NCBI GenBank assembly: GCA_963822075.1
Contig: CAWGGP010000009.1
Span: 72,507 to 136,506, forward strand
Length of the DNA stretch: 64,000 nt
Direction of reading: 5' to 3'
Origin: Candidatus Aminicenantes bacterium
GTDB taxonomy: Bacteria > Acidobacteriota > Aminicenantia > UBA2199
Positions within the stretch are counted from its first letter, which is position 1, and every line of letters starts with the position of its first letter. Below, one piece after another: positions 9,523-23,317 of the stretch. The notes below the pieces were generated by a model. That model did not search any database. It was not told where the DNA came from and was given only the letters and a program-made list of their open reading frames with translations. Made by a program: the position numbers and the translations under genes.

Positions 9523-9558
9523 TACACGATCCCCGGAGCGTTCCCGGGCTATGGCCCG

Positions 9559-12500
9559 TCAGCCCCCGAGACGGGCGAGCTTTTCCAGGAATTTCTCCAG
9601 CTTGTATTCCGCCTGCGCGGCCAGGGCCGGCAGAAAATTCAACAATTCCAGGATCTCCGCTGCGGGCGGCGGCGGTCCCGGCCGGGTCCCGCCGGCCGCG
9701 AGGTAAATCTCCCATAGGATCACGACCCGCAGCCAATCACTGAACAGGGCCAAGCCTTCCCTGCTGAAGTACAGGTCCTCCCGGTAGCGGTTCACCTGGA
9801 GCAGGCCGCGGACCTGGTCGTCGGCGATCATGGCCTTGACCAGCTCCACCGTGGCGGCGGCCGTCTTCTCCCCCGCCCCGTCGAGGCGCGCAACATATTC
9901 CCCGACGCGATCGGCGAAAGCGCAGAACACGCCCAGCACGAGGCTGGACGGGCGGATCGCCTCATCCGCGATCCCCAGGCCGCGCACGATGTCATCCAGA
10001 ACGGCGGTCAATCCCCAGTCGTTGAACCGGGGCCCGGCGTCCCCTCCCCCCCCGTCCCCAGCCCCGTCACCCGGCGCAGGAGGCACCATACGAGAAAAAG
10101 TCCTTCGCCATGAAGGTGCCCAAGGAAATGCGCCCGCAGGTATTTTTTGCCGGCGGCCGTCTCGGCGCCGGGGCGGATGTTTTCCGGCAGGAACAGGGAG
10201 CGCCAGGCCATCAGGTCCCGGATGGCCGCCTCGCCCGCCTTGGCGCCGGCGGGGGCGTCGTTGGCCAGGGCGGCGGCGTGGGACATCAGGGCGGTGATCT
10301 TCGCCTCCAGCTCCAGCCAGAGGGCGTTCTCTTCCCTGCCACCCGGAAGCCCGTGGGCGACGGTCCTTTGCCTTTCCAGGAACTCCGCCCGGCAGAGTTC
10401 CCGCAGCGCGGCATGCAGCGGCCGCAGGGCCATGGCTTTTGCGGCGTTTTCCATGCCGGCGAAGCCGCGCCCCTGCTGGTAGGCCGCCAGTTGCGCCAGG
10501 CGCCCGTCGCCATCGTCGGCCAGTTCCCGGAAATCGAGGAAGACGTGGGTCTGGTAGGCATGCAATTCGACGAACAGCCCCTGTGCGCACAACTCGCCGC
10601 TGGGCCGGATGTAGTCGAGCCCGGTGACCATGTCGCGAAAGGTGACGAACCAGCCCGGCTCATTGCGCAGGCCCAGGCCCTGGCCGAGGTCCTGCCGCTT
10701 CAGGGAGCGCGGCCCGCCGGGGTGGTCCTCCTCGGCGAATGCGGCGGAGACCCGCACCCAGCCCGCCGTGTCGGCAAAGCGGTTGTGGACCACGACCAGG
10801 CAGCGTTCGCCTTCATGGCGGTTGGAGAACGCGATCACGTTCTCGTCCACCGCTCCCCCGCCCAGGAAAAAATCGTAGAGCCGGAAATCCTTCACCCCGG
10901 AGAACAGGGCCCTGTCGCGCAGCAGCGGGAATATCTGCCGCTCGTGGCGACGGAGCAGTTCCTCGTCTACGCTCTCGTCCAGGTAGGCCCGGCGGTATTC
11001 CATCCCGTATTTTTCCTTGAAACCCTCGATCTGGCCGTGGCCGAACATGGGCAGCCCCGGCAGGGCAGCCATCAGGGTGCAGGAGGCGAAATACTTGTCG
11101 CCGCTGCCAAACTGGGCGACGGCGGTATCCTCGTCCGGGTTGTTCATGAAATTGACGTAGCGCTTCAGGATCTCGGGGTTAAATTCCAGCACGTTTTTCA
11201 GCGACAGGCGGAATTTGGCGTTTTCTTCCATCTTCAGGAAGTTCATGAAGGCGCTGTTGTAGACGCGGTGCATGCCCAGGGAACGCACGAAATACGACTC
11301 CATCATCCAGAAGGCTTCGGCGAGCAGCAGCGTGTCGGGGTTCTCCCTGGCCATGCGCTCGACGATATCGCGCCAGAATTCCGTGGGCATGGCCTGGTCG
11401 AACCTCTCCTGGCTGAGCCCCTGCCCCGCCCGGGATGGGATGTCGCCCCCGCTGCCGGGGCGGGGGAACCACAGGCGCTGGTAGTGCCGGCGGGTCAGCG
11501 TCATGGCCGCGTCGAAGCGGATGATGGGGAATTTCCGGGCCACGTCCAGGATGGTCTGGGCGACCGCTTCCCGGACATCGGCGCGCAGGTAATTCAGCTG
11601 GGCGGTGTCGTTCCAGGGCATGCGCGTGCCGTCGTTGCCGTGATAGATGAAGCGCACCGAGCCGCTGCGGCGATCGACCCACTTGAAGACCACGGCGGCG
11701 TCGCTGCGGTCGTAATAATGGTCCTCGATGAAGATGCTCACCCGGGGATCGCCGGACATGTCCTCGCCCGTGAAGGTGTAGGCGGGAAACGGGCTGTGAT
11801 CCAGGGAGATGAACCATTCGGGGTGCTCCACCACCCAGGGCGAATCGATGCCCATGTGGTTGGGGACCATGTCCGAAGCCAGGCGGATGCCCCGCGACCA
11901 GGCGCGGGACTTCAGGTTCTGCAAGGCCTTCTCACCGCCCAGGTCGGCGGCGATCTCATAGCTGTACAGGGAATAAGCCGAGGCCAGCGCCTCGGGGTTG
12001 CCGCATTTCTGCTTGATGCGGCGCGAGGCGGGGCTGCGCTCCCAGATGCCGATCAGCCAGAGCCCGGTGAATCCCCAGCCGGCCAGCCGGTCCAGTTCCT
12101 CGTCCGGGATCTGGTCGAGGGCGGTCAGGGGGCGGCGGTATTTCTTGCTCAACTGGTCGAGCCAGACATACGCGGTCTTGGCCATCAGGACCAGGCGGGG
12201 CATCCATTCCCGGTCCCGGGAAAACCGTTCGCTTTCATCGGCCGGCAAGCTCTCCGCGGCGACGGCGGCGGCGGCGTCAGCGTCGAAAACCGTTGCCGGG
12301 CCGGCACCGGGGAAATATTTCTTCTCATCCTCCCTGATCAGGTCCAGCCCCGACAGCAGGCGGTCCAGGAATTTGCCCAGGAGCAAGCCCCATTTTTCGC
12401 GGATATACTGCAACTGGCCGGAGAGCGAATCGGGAAACGCCCTGGCCGGGCTGCGCAGCAGGTCGACCAGGTTCTGCCCGTCGGGGCCGAAGGGGGGCAG

Positions 12501-13160
12501 GCCGGCAAAGAATTGCTCGCTGCCGGCGATGAGGCGCAGGTAGTCCGTCTCCTTGGCCAGGTGGCTGTCATCGAACAACTCGCGGAACGGGGCGGAAGCC
12601 GGGTTGACGTTGGCCAGCCACAGCAGGAGCATCTCTTCCAGGACCGTCTCGCGGTTGAAAACGCCCTTGCTCGTCCCCAGCAGGTACTCTTCGGCGCTGA
12701 CGTGCCCGCCATAAACCGCCTGGGGCGGAAAATCGCCGCAAAAGCGGATCAGGGTCTTGCGCACCCCGCCGGCGCCCAGGTTTTTTTCCAGGTTGGCGAG
12801 CAGCATTTTGAATGCCTGCGGCTGGACCTGGGCCACGTAGAGCGAAACCACGTAGTGCAGGATCTCGTCGATCAGGCCCAGCGCGTTCAAGGACCCGGCC
12901 TGGACCGCCTTTTCAGGGAAGCGCGCGCTGTCGCGCTTCTCGTTCAGCTTCTGGGCGAACAGGCGGACGGCCTGGAAATCGGCCAGGATCACGTTGCCGG
13001 AAATGGAGAACAGGGCCTGGTTGAACTGGAAGCGGCTGCGGCTGGCCCGGGAGACATGGAATTCCCTGAGCGCGGCCGGCAATGAGCCGCGTCGCGGCCG
13101 GGCGTTCTCCAGCCTGGCGAGGCGCACGCTCAAGCGTAAGGGGCGTGATCTATGGATCAT
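9559..13160 (-). CDS. large alpha-amylase-family (GH13) glycoside hydrolase with long N- and C-terminal extensions; frameshifted as assembled
   Basis: ORF 10008..13160 carries GH13 regions I-IV: RLASDMVPNHMG, IIRFDAAMTL, LLLAEAFW, FMNNPDED. The C-terminal ~150 aa continue in ORF 9559..10590 (..GGDAGPRFNDWGLTAVLDDIVRGLG..). The frames switch in a C8 run near 10045-10055. Confidence 0.8.
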
Positions 13161-13222
13161 CTTGGTCTGGACCGACGGCCTCTCCGGGCAAAGGCGGCGG
13201 CGTCTTTTCCCGGAAACCGGCG

Positions 13223-13747
13223 TCAGTGGGGGGCCGTGTCGGCCACCTGGTCAAAATCCACTTCCCGCACCCCTTTCAGGTCGCGGCGCTGTTCCACCTG
13301 CGCGCGGATATCGTCCATCAGCTTTTGGGCATGGGGAATCGCTTTCAGCGAAAGCAGCGGGGTGGAATGGTCGGAAGTGGTCAGGTAGATGTTGCCCAGG
13401 TGGAACAGGCGGTAAAAAAAAGGCGCCTCCAGGGTGTAATCCTTGACCCGGTACAGTTCCAAGGCGCTGGTCTTCCTGAAAAAGATGCCGCTGCTGACCT
13501 TGATCCTCTCGCTCGTGATCTCATAGCGGAGCGACTTGACCACGAGCGCCTTCTCCAGGGCATACGCCAGGGGCGAAAGCAGAATGAGCAGGGCCGGGAT
13601 CTGGGCCGCCGTCCCCCAGTGCTGCAGGTCCGGCCAAAAGCGAATGACCAGGGCCAACAACAACGCGAATATCAACCCGCAAAAGACATAGAGCCAAAAA
13701 TGAATGATCTGGGAAGACGTTCCCGACCAGACCGTTTTTTCTTCCAT
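13223..13747 (-). CDS. membrane protein with bacterial PH (bPH_2/YdbS-like) domain
   Basis: 174 aa with two N-terminal TM helices, then ..RYEITSERIKVSSGIFFRKTSALELYRVKDYTLEAPFFYRLFHLGNIYL.., which is typical of bPH_2. Confidence 0.7.
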   Translation of the reverse strand: MEEKTVWSGTSSQIIHFWLYVFCGLIFALLLALVIRFWPDLQHWGTAAQIPALLILLSPLAYALEKALVVKSLRYEITSERIKVSSGIFFRKTSALELYRVKDYTLEAPFFYRLFHLGNIYLTTSDHSTPLLSLKAIPHAQKLMDDIRAQVEQRRDLKGVREVDFDQVADTAPH

Positions 13748-13837
13748 GGCCCAACCTCCTGGTTTCAGAAAAAAACCGCGATCACATGGTTTAACGATAC
13801 CATAATCCCCAAAAAATTAAAATGACACCCGGCCGCT

Positions 13838-15055
13838 TCAGGACCGGGCAGCCGCAACCGGCTCGGGCCTCCAGAAAAAGAACAGCAGCAAAGCCAGGAA
13901 GGCCATGACCGACCCGAAATAGAAGGGGGCCGTCGGCCCGAACCCGGCCCAGCCGCCGATGCCGCTCCAGAGGATGCCGGCCAGGAACGAAGCCGGCAGG
14001 TCGGTGAGGCCGAGCACGGCATTGTAGGTCCCGTAGGCCATGCCACGGGACTCGGCCGGGACCAGGTCGGCCACCAGGGCCTTGCCCGTGCCGTAACTCA
14101 GCCCGTAGTAGGCGCCGTAAACGACGTACAGGACGACGATGTGCACGCTCGAGCGGGCGACGGCCAGCCCGAGATAGGTAAAGGCATACAACGCCCAGCC
14201 GGCGAGGATGACTCGCCGCCGGCCGACCCGGTCCGAAAGTTTTCCCGATGCCAGGGAGAGCGAAGAGTAGACGAAATTGAACGCGATCAGCATGGCGAAG
14301 ATGCCGACGATCGACAGGCCCCGCTCCTGGGCGCGCAGGATGATGAAGGCGTCCGACGAATTGCCCAGCTCGAAGACGCCGACGATGACGATGAACCAGC
14401 GGAAATTCTTCCCCAGGGACTTGAAGCCGAATTTGGGTTTTTCCGCGCTACCCGCCACCGCGGTATCCTTGGAAAACAAGGCCAGGACGATCACGCCGGC
14501 GATGGCCGGCAGCAGGCTGGCCAGTACGATGATGCGGAAGGTGCCCTCCAGCAGCTCGCCGCTGCCCCCCTGGAAGAACCAGATGATGGCCAGGGCGATC
14601 ACCAGGCCGCAGAATGCGCCGGCCGTATCGGCGGCGCGATGGAAACCGAAGGCGTAACCGCGCTGCGCCGGCATCGTGGAGTCGGCCACCAGCGCGTCGC
14701 GGGGGGCGGTGCGCACGCCCTTGCCGATGCGGTCGCCCCAGCGCGCGGCGGCGACGACCTCCCAGGAATGGGCGAAATAGAACAACGGCTTGAACAGCGC
14801 CGAGATGCCGTAGCCGACGACCGCCAGCAGCTTTCGCTTTTGCAGGCGGTCCGAGAACCAGCCCGAAAAAAGCCTCAGGAAGCTGGAGGTGGATTCGGCC
14901 ACGCCTTCGATCAGGCCGATGATGCTGGTTTTCACGCCCAGGACGTTTTTCAGAAAAAGCGGCAGGGTGTTGATCACCATTTCGCTGGAGACGTCGGTAA
15001 GGAAACTGGTGAGGCCCACGATCTTGACGTTGCGCGGCAGCTTTTGTTTTTCCAT
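13838..15055 (-). CDS. MFS transporter
   Basis: 405 aa with a ~12-TM pattern. Loop motifs are SGWFSDRLQKRK and GKLSDRVGRR. Confidence 0.8.
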   Translation of the reverse strand: MEKQKLPRNVKIVGLTSFLTDVSSEMVINTLPLFLKNVLGVKTSIIGLIEGVAESTSSFLRLFSGWFSDRLQKRKLLAVVGYGISALFKPLFYFAHSWEVVAAARWGDRIGKGVRTAPRDALVADSTMPAQRGYAFGFHRAADTAGAFCGLVIALAIIWFFQGGSGELLEGTFRIIVLASLLPAIAGVIVLALFSKDTAVAGSAEKPKFGFKSLGKNFRWFIVIVGVFELGNSSDAFIILRAQERGLSIVGIFAMLIAFNFVYSSLSLASGKLSDRVGRRRVILAGWALYAFTYLGLAVARSSVHIVVLYVVYGAYYGLSYGTGKALVADLVPAESRGMAYGTYNAVLGLTDLPASFLAGILWSGIGGWAGFGPTAPFYFGSVMAFLALLLFFFWRPEPVAAARS

Positions 15056-15138
15056 GCTCCCCCTTTCCCGGATCGGAAAAAGCGATTATACATCAAATCG
15101 GCTCCGCGGCGACAGTACCGGGGCGGCCCGGGCTGAAA

Positions 15139-15179
15139 TTTACTCGCGGCCGCTAATTTGGTACAATGATCCGGATCAT
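15139..15179 (+). promoter_or_regulatory. sigma70-type promoter candidate plus perfect 14-bp palindrome (possible metalloregulator operator) at the znuA start
   Basis: TTTACT (15139-15144), a 17-nt spacer, then TACAAT (15162-15167). The palindrome ATGATCCGGATCAT (15166-15179) overlaps the -10 element and both candidate ATGs (15166, 15178). Confidence 0.35.
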
Positions 15180-16083
15180 GAAAAATCATCACGGTTTAAC
15201 GACGGCCTGGCTGCTAACGGTATGCTTTCTCTTTCCCGGGAGCGCGGCGGCCTCGGCAGCAAAGCCCCCCCTGGTGCTGGCGGCGACCATCTTCCCGGCG
15301 GCCGACATCGCCCGCCACGTCGCCGGCCCGGGCACGCGCGTCATCCAGATCCTGCCGGCGGGCGCTTCGCCCCACACCTTCGACCTCACCCCCGGCCAGC
15401 TCAGGGAACTCCAGGCCGCCCGCGTCATCTTCAAGATCGGCGGCGTCGACGACTGGATCGACGGCGTCGCCGAGAGCCTGCCGCGCGCCGCCATCGTTCC
15501 CCTGTCCAGGGGCATCGCCCTGCGGCCATCCCGGGAGCATGGCCACGACCACGCCGCGGCTCCCGGGCACGGCGAATTCGATCCCCATTACTGGCTGAGC
15601 GCGGCCAACGGCGTGATCATGGCCGGGAATATCGCCGCGGCGCTGTCCGCCGCCGACCCCTCCCGTGCCGCTTTCTACGACGGGAATTACCGCGCCTACG
15701 CCCGCGAACTGGCGGCCGTGCACGGGGAGATCAGGAAGGAGCTGTCCGCGCTGAGAAACAACAAGATGGTCGTCCTCCATGACGGCTGGCGCTATTTCGC
15801 CGCCGCCTACGGCCTGGAGATCGCCGCCGTCTTCCAATCCTCCCCGGGCCGCGAACCCACCCCCCGCGACCTGCAGGAACTGTATGCCCAGGTCAGGCGC
15901 CTGGGGATCCGGACCGTTTTTTCCGAGCCGCAGCTGTCGACCGCCAGCCTCGAGCCCCTGCTTCGGGACCTGGGCTTGAAGCTGGCCGTCCTCGACCCGC
16001 TGGGGGGATCGCTGGCCGGCGATTCGTACGCCGGGCTCCTGCGCCGCGACGCCAAGGTCATTCTCGGCGCCCTGGGACGCTGA
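15166..16083 (+). CDS. znuA: metal (probably zinc) ABC transporter substrate-binding protein, TroA/ZnuA family
   Basis: 305 aa with a signal peptide, the His-rich loop SREHGHDHAAAPGHGEFDPHYW, and cluster-9 SBP motifs. The start may be ATG 15178 (MKNHHGLT..). Confidence 0.8.
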   Translation: MIRIMKNHHGLTTAWLLTVCFLFPGSAAASAAKPPLVLAATIFPAADIARHVAGPGTRVIQILPAGASPHTFDLTPGQLRELQAARVIFKIGGVDDWIDGVAESLPRAAIVPLSRGIALRPSREHGHDHAAAPGHGEFDPHYWLSAANGVIMAGNIAAALSAADPSRAAFYDGNYRAYARELAAVHGEIRKELSALRNNKMVVLHDGWRYFAAAYGLEIAAVFQSSPGREPTPRDLQELYAQVRRLGIRTVFSEPQLSTASLEPLLRDLGLKLAVLDPLGGSLAGDSYAGLLRRDAKVILGALGR

Positions 16084-16086
16084 ACC

Positions 16087-16824
16087 ATGCCCCCGCTCCT
16101 GGAAGTCAAGGACCTCACCGTGCGCTTCGCCGGCTGCACGGCGCTCGAGCGTATCAGCTTCACCATCGATAAAGAGGCGATCATCGCCGTGATCGGGCCC
16201 AACGGCTCGGGAAAGACCACCCTGCTGAAAGCGATCCTCGGCCTGCTCCCCTTCCAGGGCGAGATCCGCCTCTTTGGCAAGCCGGTGCGCCAGGTCCTGC
16301 CGCAGGTGGGCTACGTGCCGCAGCGTTTCGCCTTCGACACCTCGTTCCCGCTGACCGTCGAGGAATTCATCAGCCTCACCTGCCGCCGCCCCGAAAAACT
16401 CCCCGCCGGCGGCGTGCTGGCGGAGACGGGGATGAAGGAATTCAAAAGCAAGCTGATCGGCGAGCTTTCCGGGGGGCAGCTGCAGCGGGTCCTGCTCGCC
16501 CACGCCCTGCTGCACCGCCCGCGCATCCTGTTTCTCGACGAGGCGACCAGCGGCATCGACATCGAGGGCCTGAGCGACTTCTATTCGACCATCCACCGCC
16601 TGAACCGCGAGCACGGCGTGACCGTCATGATGGTTTCCCACGATATCAGCATGGTCTACGAGTTCACCGACCGCATCATCTGCCTGAACCGCGACCTGAT
16701 CTCCCACGGGGAGACCCGGACGGCGCTGACCGGGGAGGTCCTGAAGAAGCTCTACGGCGACGCCGCCGGGCTGCAGGTCCACGACCACGCCTCCCCCGGC
16801 GCCGGCAAGGAGCGCCATGGCTGA
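16087..16824 (+). CDS. znuC: metal ABC transporter ATP-binding protein
   Basis: 245 aa: Walker A GPNGSGKTT, signature LSGGQLQR, Walker B ILFLDEATSGID. Confidence 0.85.
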   Translation: MPPLLEVKDLTVRFAGCTALERISFTIDKEAIIAVIGPNGSGKTTLLKAILGLLPFQGEIRLFGKPVRQVLPQVGYVPQRFAFDTSFPLTVEEFISLTCRRPEKLPAGGVLAETGMKEFKSKLIGELSGGQLQRVLLAHALLHRPRILFLDEATSGIDIEGLSDFYSTIHRLNREHGVTVMMVSHDISMVYEFTDRIICLNRDLISHGETRTALTGEVLKKLYGDAAGLQVHDHASPGAGKERHG

Positions 16825-17671
16825 GATGCTGCAGCTCCCGTTCATGCAGCGGGCCATCCTGGCCGGGCTGGTGCTGGGGGTCCTCCTGGCCTACATGGGC
16901 ATTTTCGTCGCCCTGCGCAAAATGGCTTTTTTCAGCGACGGCATCGCCCATGCCGCCCTCGCCGGCGCCGCCATCGGGCTGCTCACCCGCTTCAGCCCGC
17001 TGATCTCCGCCCTGGTCTTCAGCATGTTCCTGGCCGCCCTGATCTACTGGCTCGAAAAAAAGAGCAGCCTCTCCAGCGACGCCATCATCGGCATCCTGTT
17101 TACCAGCGGTATGGCCCTGGGTGTGGTGCTGATCAGCCTGCGCCAGGGCTACCAGCCCGAGCTGCTCGGCTATCTCTTCGGCAACATTCTGGCCATCCGC
17201 CGCCAGGACCTCGTCCTGATCATCGTCATGGCCGCCCTGATCATGGCCTTCATCCTCAGCCACAAGCGCAAGCTCACCCTGCTGGCGCTCGACCGGGAGA
17301 TGGCCTACATGGCCGGGATCAACCCCGACCTGTACCAGCTGCTGCTGTACCTCATGCTGGCTTGCGCCCTGGTGCTCGGGATCCGCGTCCTGGGAGTGGT
17401 CCTGGTCAGCGCCATCCTGATCATCCCGGTCTCGACCGCCCGGCTGCTCTGCCGCTCGTTCAGGGCGCTGACCTGGTGGACGGTCGCCATCGCCGAGTTC
17501 ACCGTCCTCGCCGGCCTGCTGCTGGCCTATTTTTTGAATTTGCCCGCCGGCGCGCTGATCGTCCTGACCGGCAGCGCGCTTTTTTCCCTGGCCTTCATCG
17601 CCAGTTCCCTGAAGCGGCGCTCAGCACAAAACAGCGGGAACGGAAAAAAGAAAATGGACACGCACCCGTGA
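16817..17671 (+). CDS. znuB: metal ABC transporter permease
   Basis: A 284-aa polytopic ABC-3 family-like sequence. It overlaps znuC by 8 nt. Confidence 0.85.
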   Translation: MAEMLQLPFMQRAILAGLVLGVLLAYMGIFVALRKMAFFSDGIAHAALAGAAIGLLTRFSPLISALVFSMFLAALIYWLEKKSSLSSDAIIGILFTSGMALGVVLISLRQGYQPELLGYLFGNILAIRRQDLVLIIVMAALIMAFILSHKRKLTLLALDREMAYMAGINPDLYQLLLYLMLACALVLGIRVLGVVLVSAILIIPVSTARLLCRSFRALTWWTVAIAEFTVLAGLLLAYFLNLPAGALIVLTGSALFSLAFIASSLKRRSAQNSGNGKKKMDTHP

Positions 17672-17769
17672 GATAAACCTCCCCGGGATCCTATTTTTGC
17701 AATGGGAACAAGGAGTGGGCGATTCACTGATTTTTGGAAGAGTCGGAATTAGGAAAGGTTAAATAAAAA

Positions 17770-17845
17770 TGGCTCCTCAGGAGGGACTTGAACCCCCAAC
17801 CTAATGGTTAACAGCCATCCGCTCTGCCGATTGAGCTACTGAGGA
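17770..17845 (-). tRNA. tRNA-Asn (anticodon GUU)
   Basis: The reverse strand reads TCCTCAGTAGCTCAATCGGCAGAGCGGATGGCTGTTAACCATTAGGTTGGGGGTTCAAGTCCCTCCTGAGGAGCCA. The anticodon loop is CTGTTAA and CCA is encoded. Confidence 0.9.
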
Positions 17846-17856
17846 ACCCGGTGATG

Positions 17857-17885
17857 ATTATAACATTCAACCAGAAAAGTGTCAA
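17857..17885 (-). promoter_or_regulatory. consensus sigma70-type promoter for tRNA-Asn
   Basis: The reverse strand shows TTGACA (17885-17880), exactly 17 nt, then TATAAT (17862-17857). This is 11 nt upstream of the tRNA 5' end. Confidence 0.6.
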
Positions 17886-17933
17886 TGTGACTTCTGGAAC
17901 CAGCGAATATTCAGTTGCACGCGGCAGGCTTGT

Positions 17934-19110
17934 TTACCCATGGACGGTCTTGGGAAATTTCAAGTGATACACCGTGCCGCCGGTACGGTCCATTTCAAGG
18001 GAGCCGCTGATCTGCTGGCTCAGCATCTTAATCAGCCGCAGTCCCAGCGTTTGCGGGTTTTCAATATTCACGCTCACGGGCTGTCCTATCCCGTTGTCGG
18101 CAACGGTCAGGGCCAGGATGTCGCCTTCATGCTTCGCCGTGACCGCGATCGCGCAATTTCCCTTGCCGGAGCTTGCTTTACCCCCGGGGAAAGCGTGCTT
18201 GTAGGCATTGACGATCATCTCGTTCAGGATCAATCCGCAGGGAATGGCGATATCCAGGCCCAATTCGATCCCGGCCGCCTGGACCTTGAAGCGGATATCG
18301 CGATCCACTCCGAATTGCGCGTAAATATGGGTGTGCAGCGACTCGATATAGTTTTGCAGATCGACGTGGGCCAGGTTTGCCGAATTGTAGAGACTCTCAT
18401 GCACCAAAGCCATGGCGCGCACCCGGCCCTCGAGTTCAAACAGCAAAGTGTTGAACATTTTATCATTGGCTTTCTTTTCCTGCATTTTGATCAAGCCGAT
18501 CATGGTCATCAGGTTGTTCTTGACCCGATGATGCACTTCTTTTAAAAGCACCTCTTTCTCTAGCAGAGAATTTTTTATCTTTTCTTCGGCCTGCTTGCGC
18601 TCGGAGATGTCTGCTTTCAGTATCTCGTTGGCTTGCGCCAACTCCACCGTTCGTTCTTGCACTTTGCATTCCATCTCATCATGGGCTTTTTGCAACAACT
18701 CTTCCGCACACTTGCGCTCATCGTCGAGTTTCTTCACTTTCAACAGTATCTTTATCCTGGCGAGCGCCTCCGCCTGGTCGAAAGGCTTTGACAGAAACTC
18801 ATCTGCCCCGGCCTCGATGCCGCGAATACGGTCTTTTTTGGCAGTCGATACCGTAATCATGCATGACCGGTATGTTCCTGAGCTTTTGGTCTTCTTTGAT
18901 CTGCCGGCACACCTCAAAGCCGTCCATCCCCGGCATGATAATGTCCAGGAGCACGAGGTCGATCGCCTGACTTTTGATCTTCCGCAAGGCGTCTTTTCCG
19001 CTTGACGGCGCTGACTACCGCGTAGCCTCTCGGAACGAGTAATTTTTCGAGTAGCTTGAGGTTCGCCTCTTCGTCGTCAACGCAGAGAATGATCGGGTTT
19101 CGTGGTTCAT
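17934..19110 (-). CDS. hybrid receiver-histidine kinase (REC + coiled coil + HisKA_2 + HATPase_c); frameshifted as assembled
   Basis: The fragments are ATG 19110 (MNHET), then PIILCVDDEEANLKLLEKLLVPRGYAVVSA (ORF 18914..19186), then KIKSQAIDLVLLDIIMPGMDGFEVCRQIKEDQKLRNIPV (ORF 18799..18987), then ORF 17934..18917 (..GADEFLSKPFD..EVHHRVKNNLMTMIGL..VADNGIGQP..). There are at least three indels. The ATGA overlaps the stop of the upstream receiver gene. Confidence 0.8.
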
Positions 19111-19477
19111 GGCTGCGTCCGAGATAGGACTTGCTTGACCAACTCCGGGAATGTCCGTGTATCGATCGGCTTGGTGACGTATTCATCGAAACCGGCCTGC
19201 AATGCCTTTTCCCTGTCGCCTTTCATGGCAAAGGACGTAACGGCGATCGCCTTGATCTTTCTGAGTTCAGGATCATTCCGCAACTCACGGATGACCATAA
19301 AACCGTTCATCACAGGCATCTGAATATCCAGCAGGATCAGAGCGGGCATGTGCGCGCGGGCCATCTCCAACCCCGATCAGCCCATCCTTCGCTTCCAGCA
19401 CTTCATAGCCGTGGCGGGTCAATATCTGGCGCATGAGTATGCGGTTTTGCTCGTTGTCTTCTATCACAAGGATTTTC

Positions 19478-19485
<8 letters not shown>
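19107..19485 (-). CDS. single-domain response regulator (CheY-like receiver); frameshifted as assembled
   Basis: ORF 19285..19485 ([35 protein letters not shown]) plus ORF 19107..19370 ([62 protein letters not shown]). The junction is near 19335. Confidence 0.8.
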
Positions 19486-22120
<2,635 letters not shown>

Positions 22121-22173
22121 TCGTTTTTCTCTCGTCCCCATGTCCGGCCGGAGCCGGCACTGATCATGTATTA

Positions 22174-22202
22174 AGCATACGCAGTAATGATTTTAATGTC
22201 AA
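22174..22202 (-). promoter_or_regulatory. sigma70-type promoter candidate for the multi-PAS kinase operon
   Basis: The reverse strand shows TTGACA (22202-22197), a 17-nt spacer, then TATGCT (22179-22174). This is ~55 nt upstream of ATG 22120. Confidence 0.4.
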
Positions 22203-22230
22203 GCCGGGACGAAAAACGCAGAAATTTATT

Positions 22231-23267
22231 TTACAAATCCTGTCCCGAATCCAATTTCAGGAACATTTCGACCACCTTGGGATCGAAATGGGTCCCCGCC
22301 AGTGAACGGATCTGATCGCGTGCTTTTTCCTCCGCCCAGGCGGCGCGATACGGGCGGTCGGAGCGCATGGCGTCCCACACATCCACCACGGCGAAGATGC
22401 GCGCCGCCAGCGGAATTTGCTCGCCCTGCAGGCCCAGCGGGTAGCCCGTGCCGTCCCACTTCTCGTGGTGGCGGTACGGGATGTCCAGCGCCGGGCGCAG
22501 GTAGCGGATGGGCAGAGCAGCTCGTAGGCAATGGCCGGGTGCCGTTTCATCAGCACCCATTCCTCGGCCGTCAGCGGGCCGGGCTTGAGCAGGATGCCAT
22601 CGGGGATGCCCATCTTGCCGATGTCATGCAGCAGCGCCCCCCAGCGCACCTGCACCAGTTCCGCTTCAGCGAGGCCGAAGGCGCGCGCCAGTTTCACGGT
22701 CATCTCCGTCACCCGCTGGGTATGGCCTTCGGTCTCCTTGTCGCGCAGGTCGAGGGCGCGCGACCAGCCTTCGATCGTGGCATCGTAGGCCTGGGCGAGT
22801 TCCGCGGTGCGTTCCCGCACCTTGATTTCCAACTCGTCATGGGATCTTTGCAGGGCTTCCTCGGCCCGCTTGCGCTCGTCGCTGAGGTCCTTCAGCTTCA
22901 GCAGCAACTTGATCCTGGCCAGCGCCACCGTCTTTTCGATGGGCTTGGCCAGAAACTCCTCCGCCCCGGCTTCGATGCCGCGAACATGGTCCTGCCTGGC
23001 GGTCAACGCCGTGATCATGATGATGGGGATGTCCCTGAGCTTTGGGTCATCCTTGATCAGCCGGCATACTTCGAAGCCGTCCATCCCCGGCATGATCACG
23101 TCCAGGAGCACCAGGTCGATCGCCCGGCTTTGGATCTCCCGCAGGGCCTCCTTGCCGCTGGTGGCAATGACCACCGTGTAGCCCCGCGGGGCGAGCATGT
23201 TTTCCAGCAGCTTGAGATTGGCGACCTCATCGTCCACGCATAGAATGACCGGTTTTTGCTGGTTCAT
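22231..23267 (-). CDS. response regulator with HD-GYP phosphodiesterase output (RpfG-like); frameshifted as assembled
   Basis: ORF 22257..23267 holds the REC domain (VILCVDDEVANLKLLE..LVLLDVIMPGMDG..) plus a coiled coil plus ..GALLHDIGKMGIPD... ORF 22231..22560 continues with ..YRHHEKWDGTGYPLGL..RPYR... The junction is near 22520-22540. Confidence 0.85.
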
Positions 23268-23317
23268 GGTCGATCCGCTGTCATGGGTCCTTCACAAACG
23301 CCCTCCTTTGCCCAATT

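Noticed and set aside
13082-13825. Plus-strand ORFs 12994..13446 and 13082..13825 as genes in the amylase/PH-domain gap
   Set aside because: They overlap the well-supported minus-strand PH-domain gene and the amylase 5' end, and they have no recognisable motifs.
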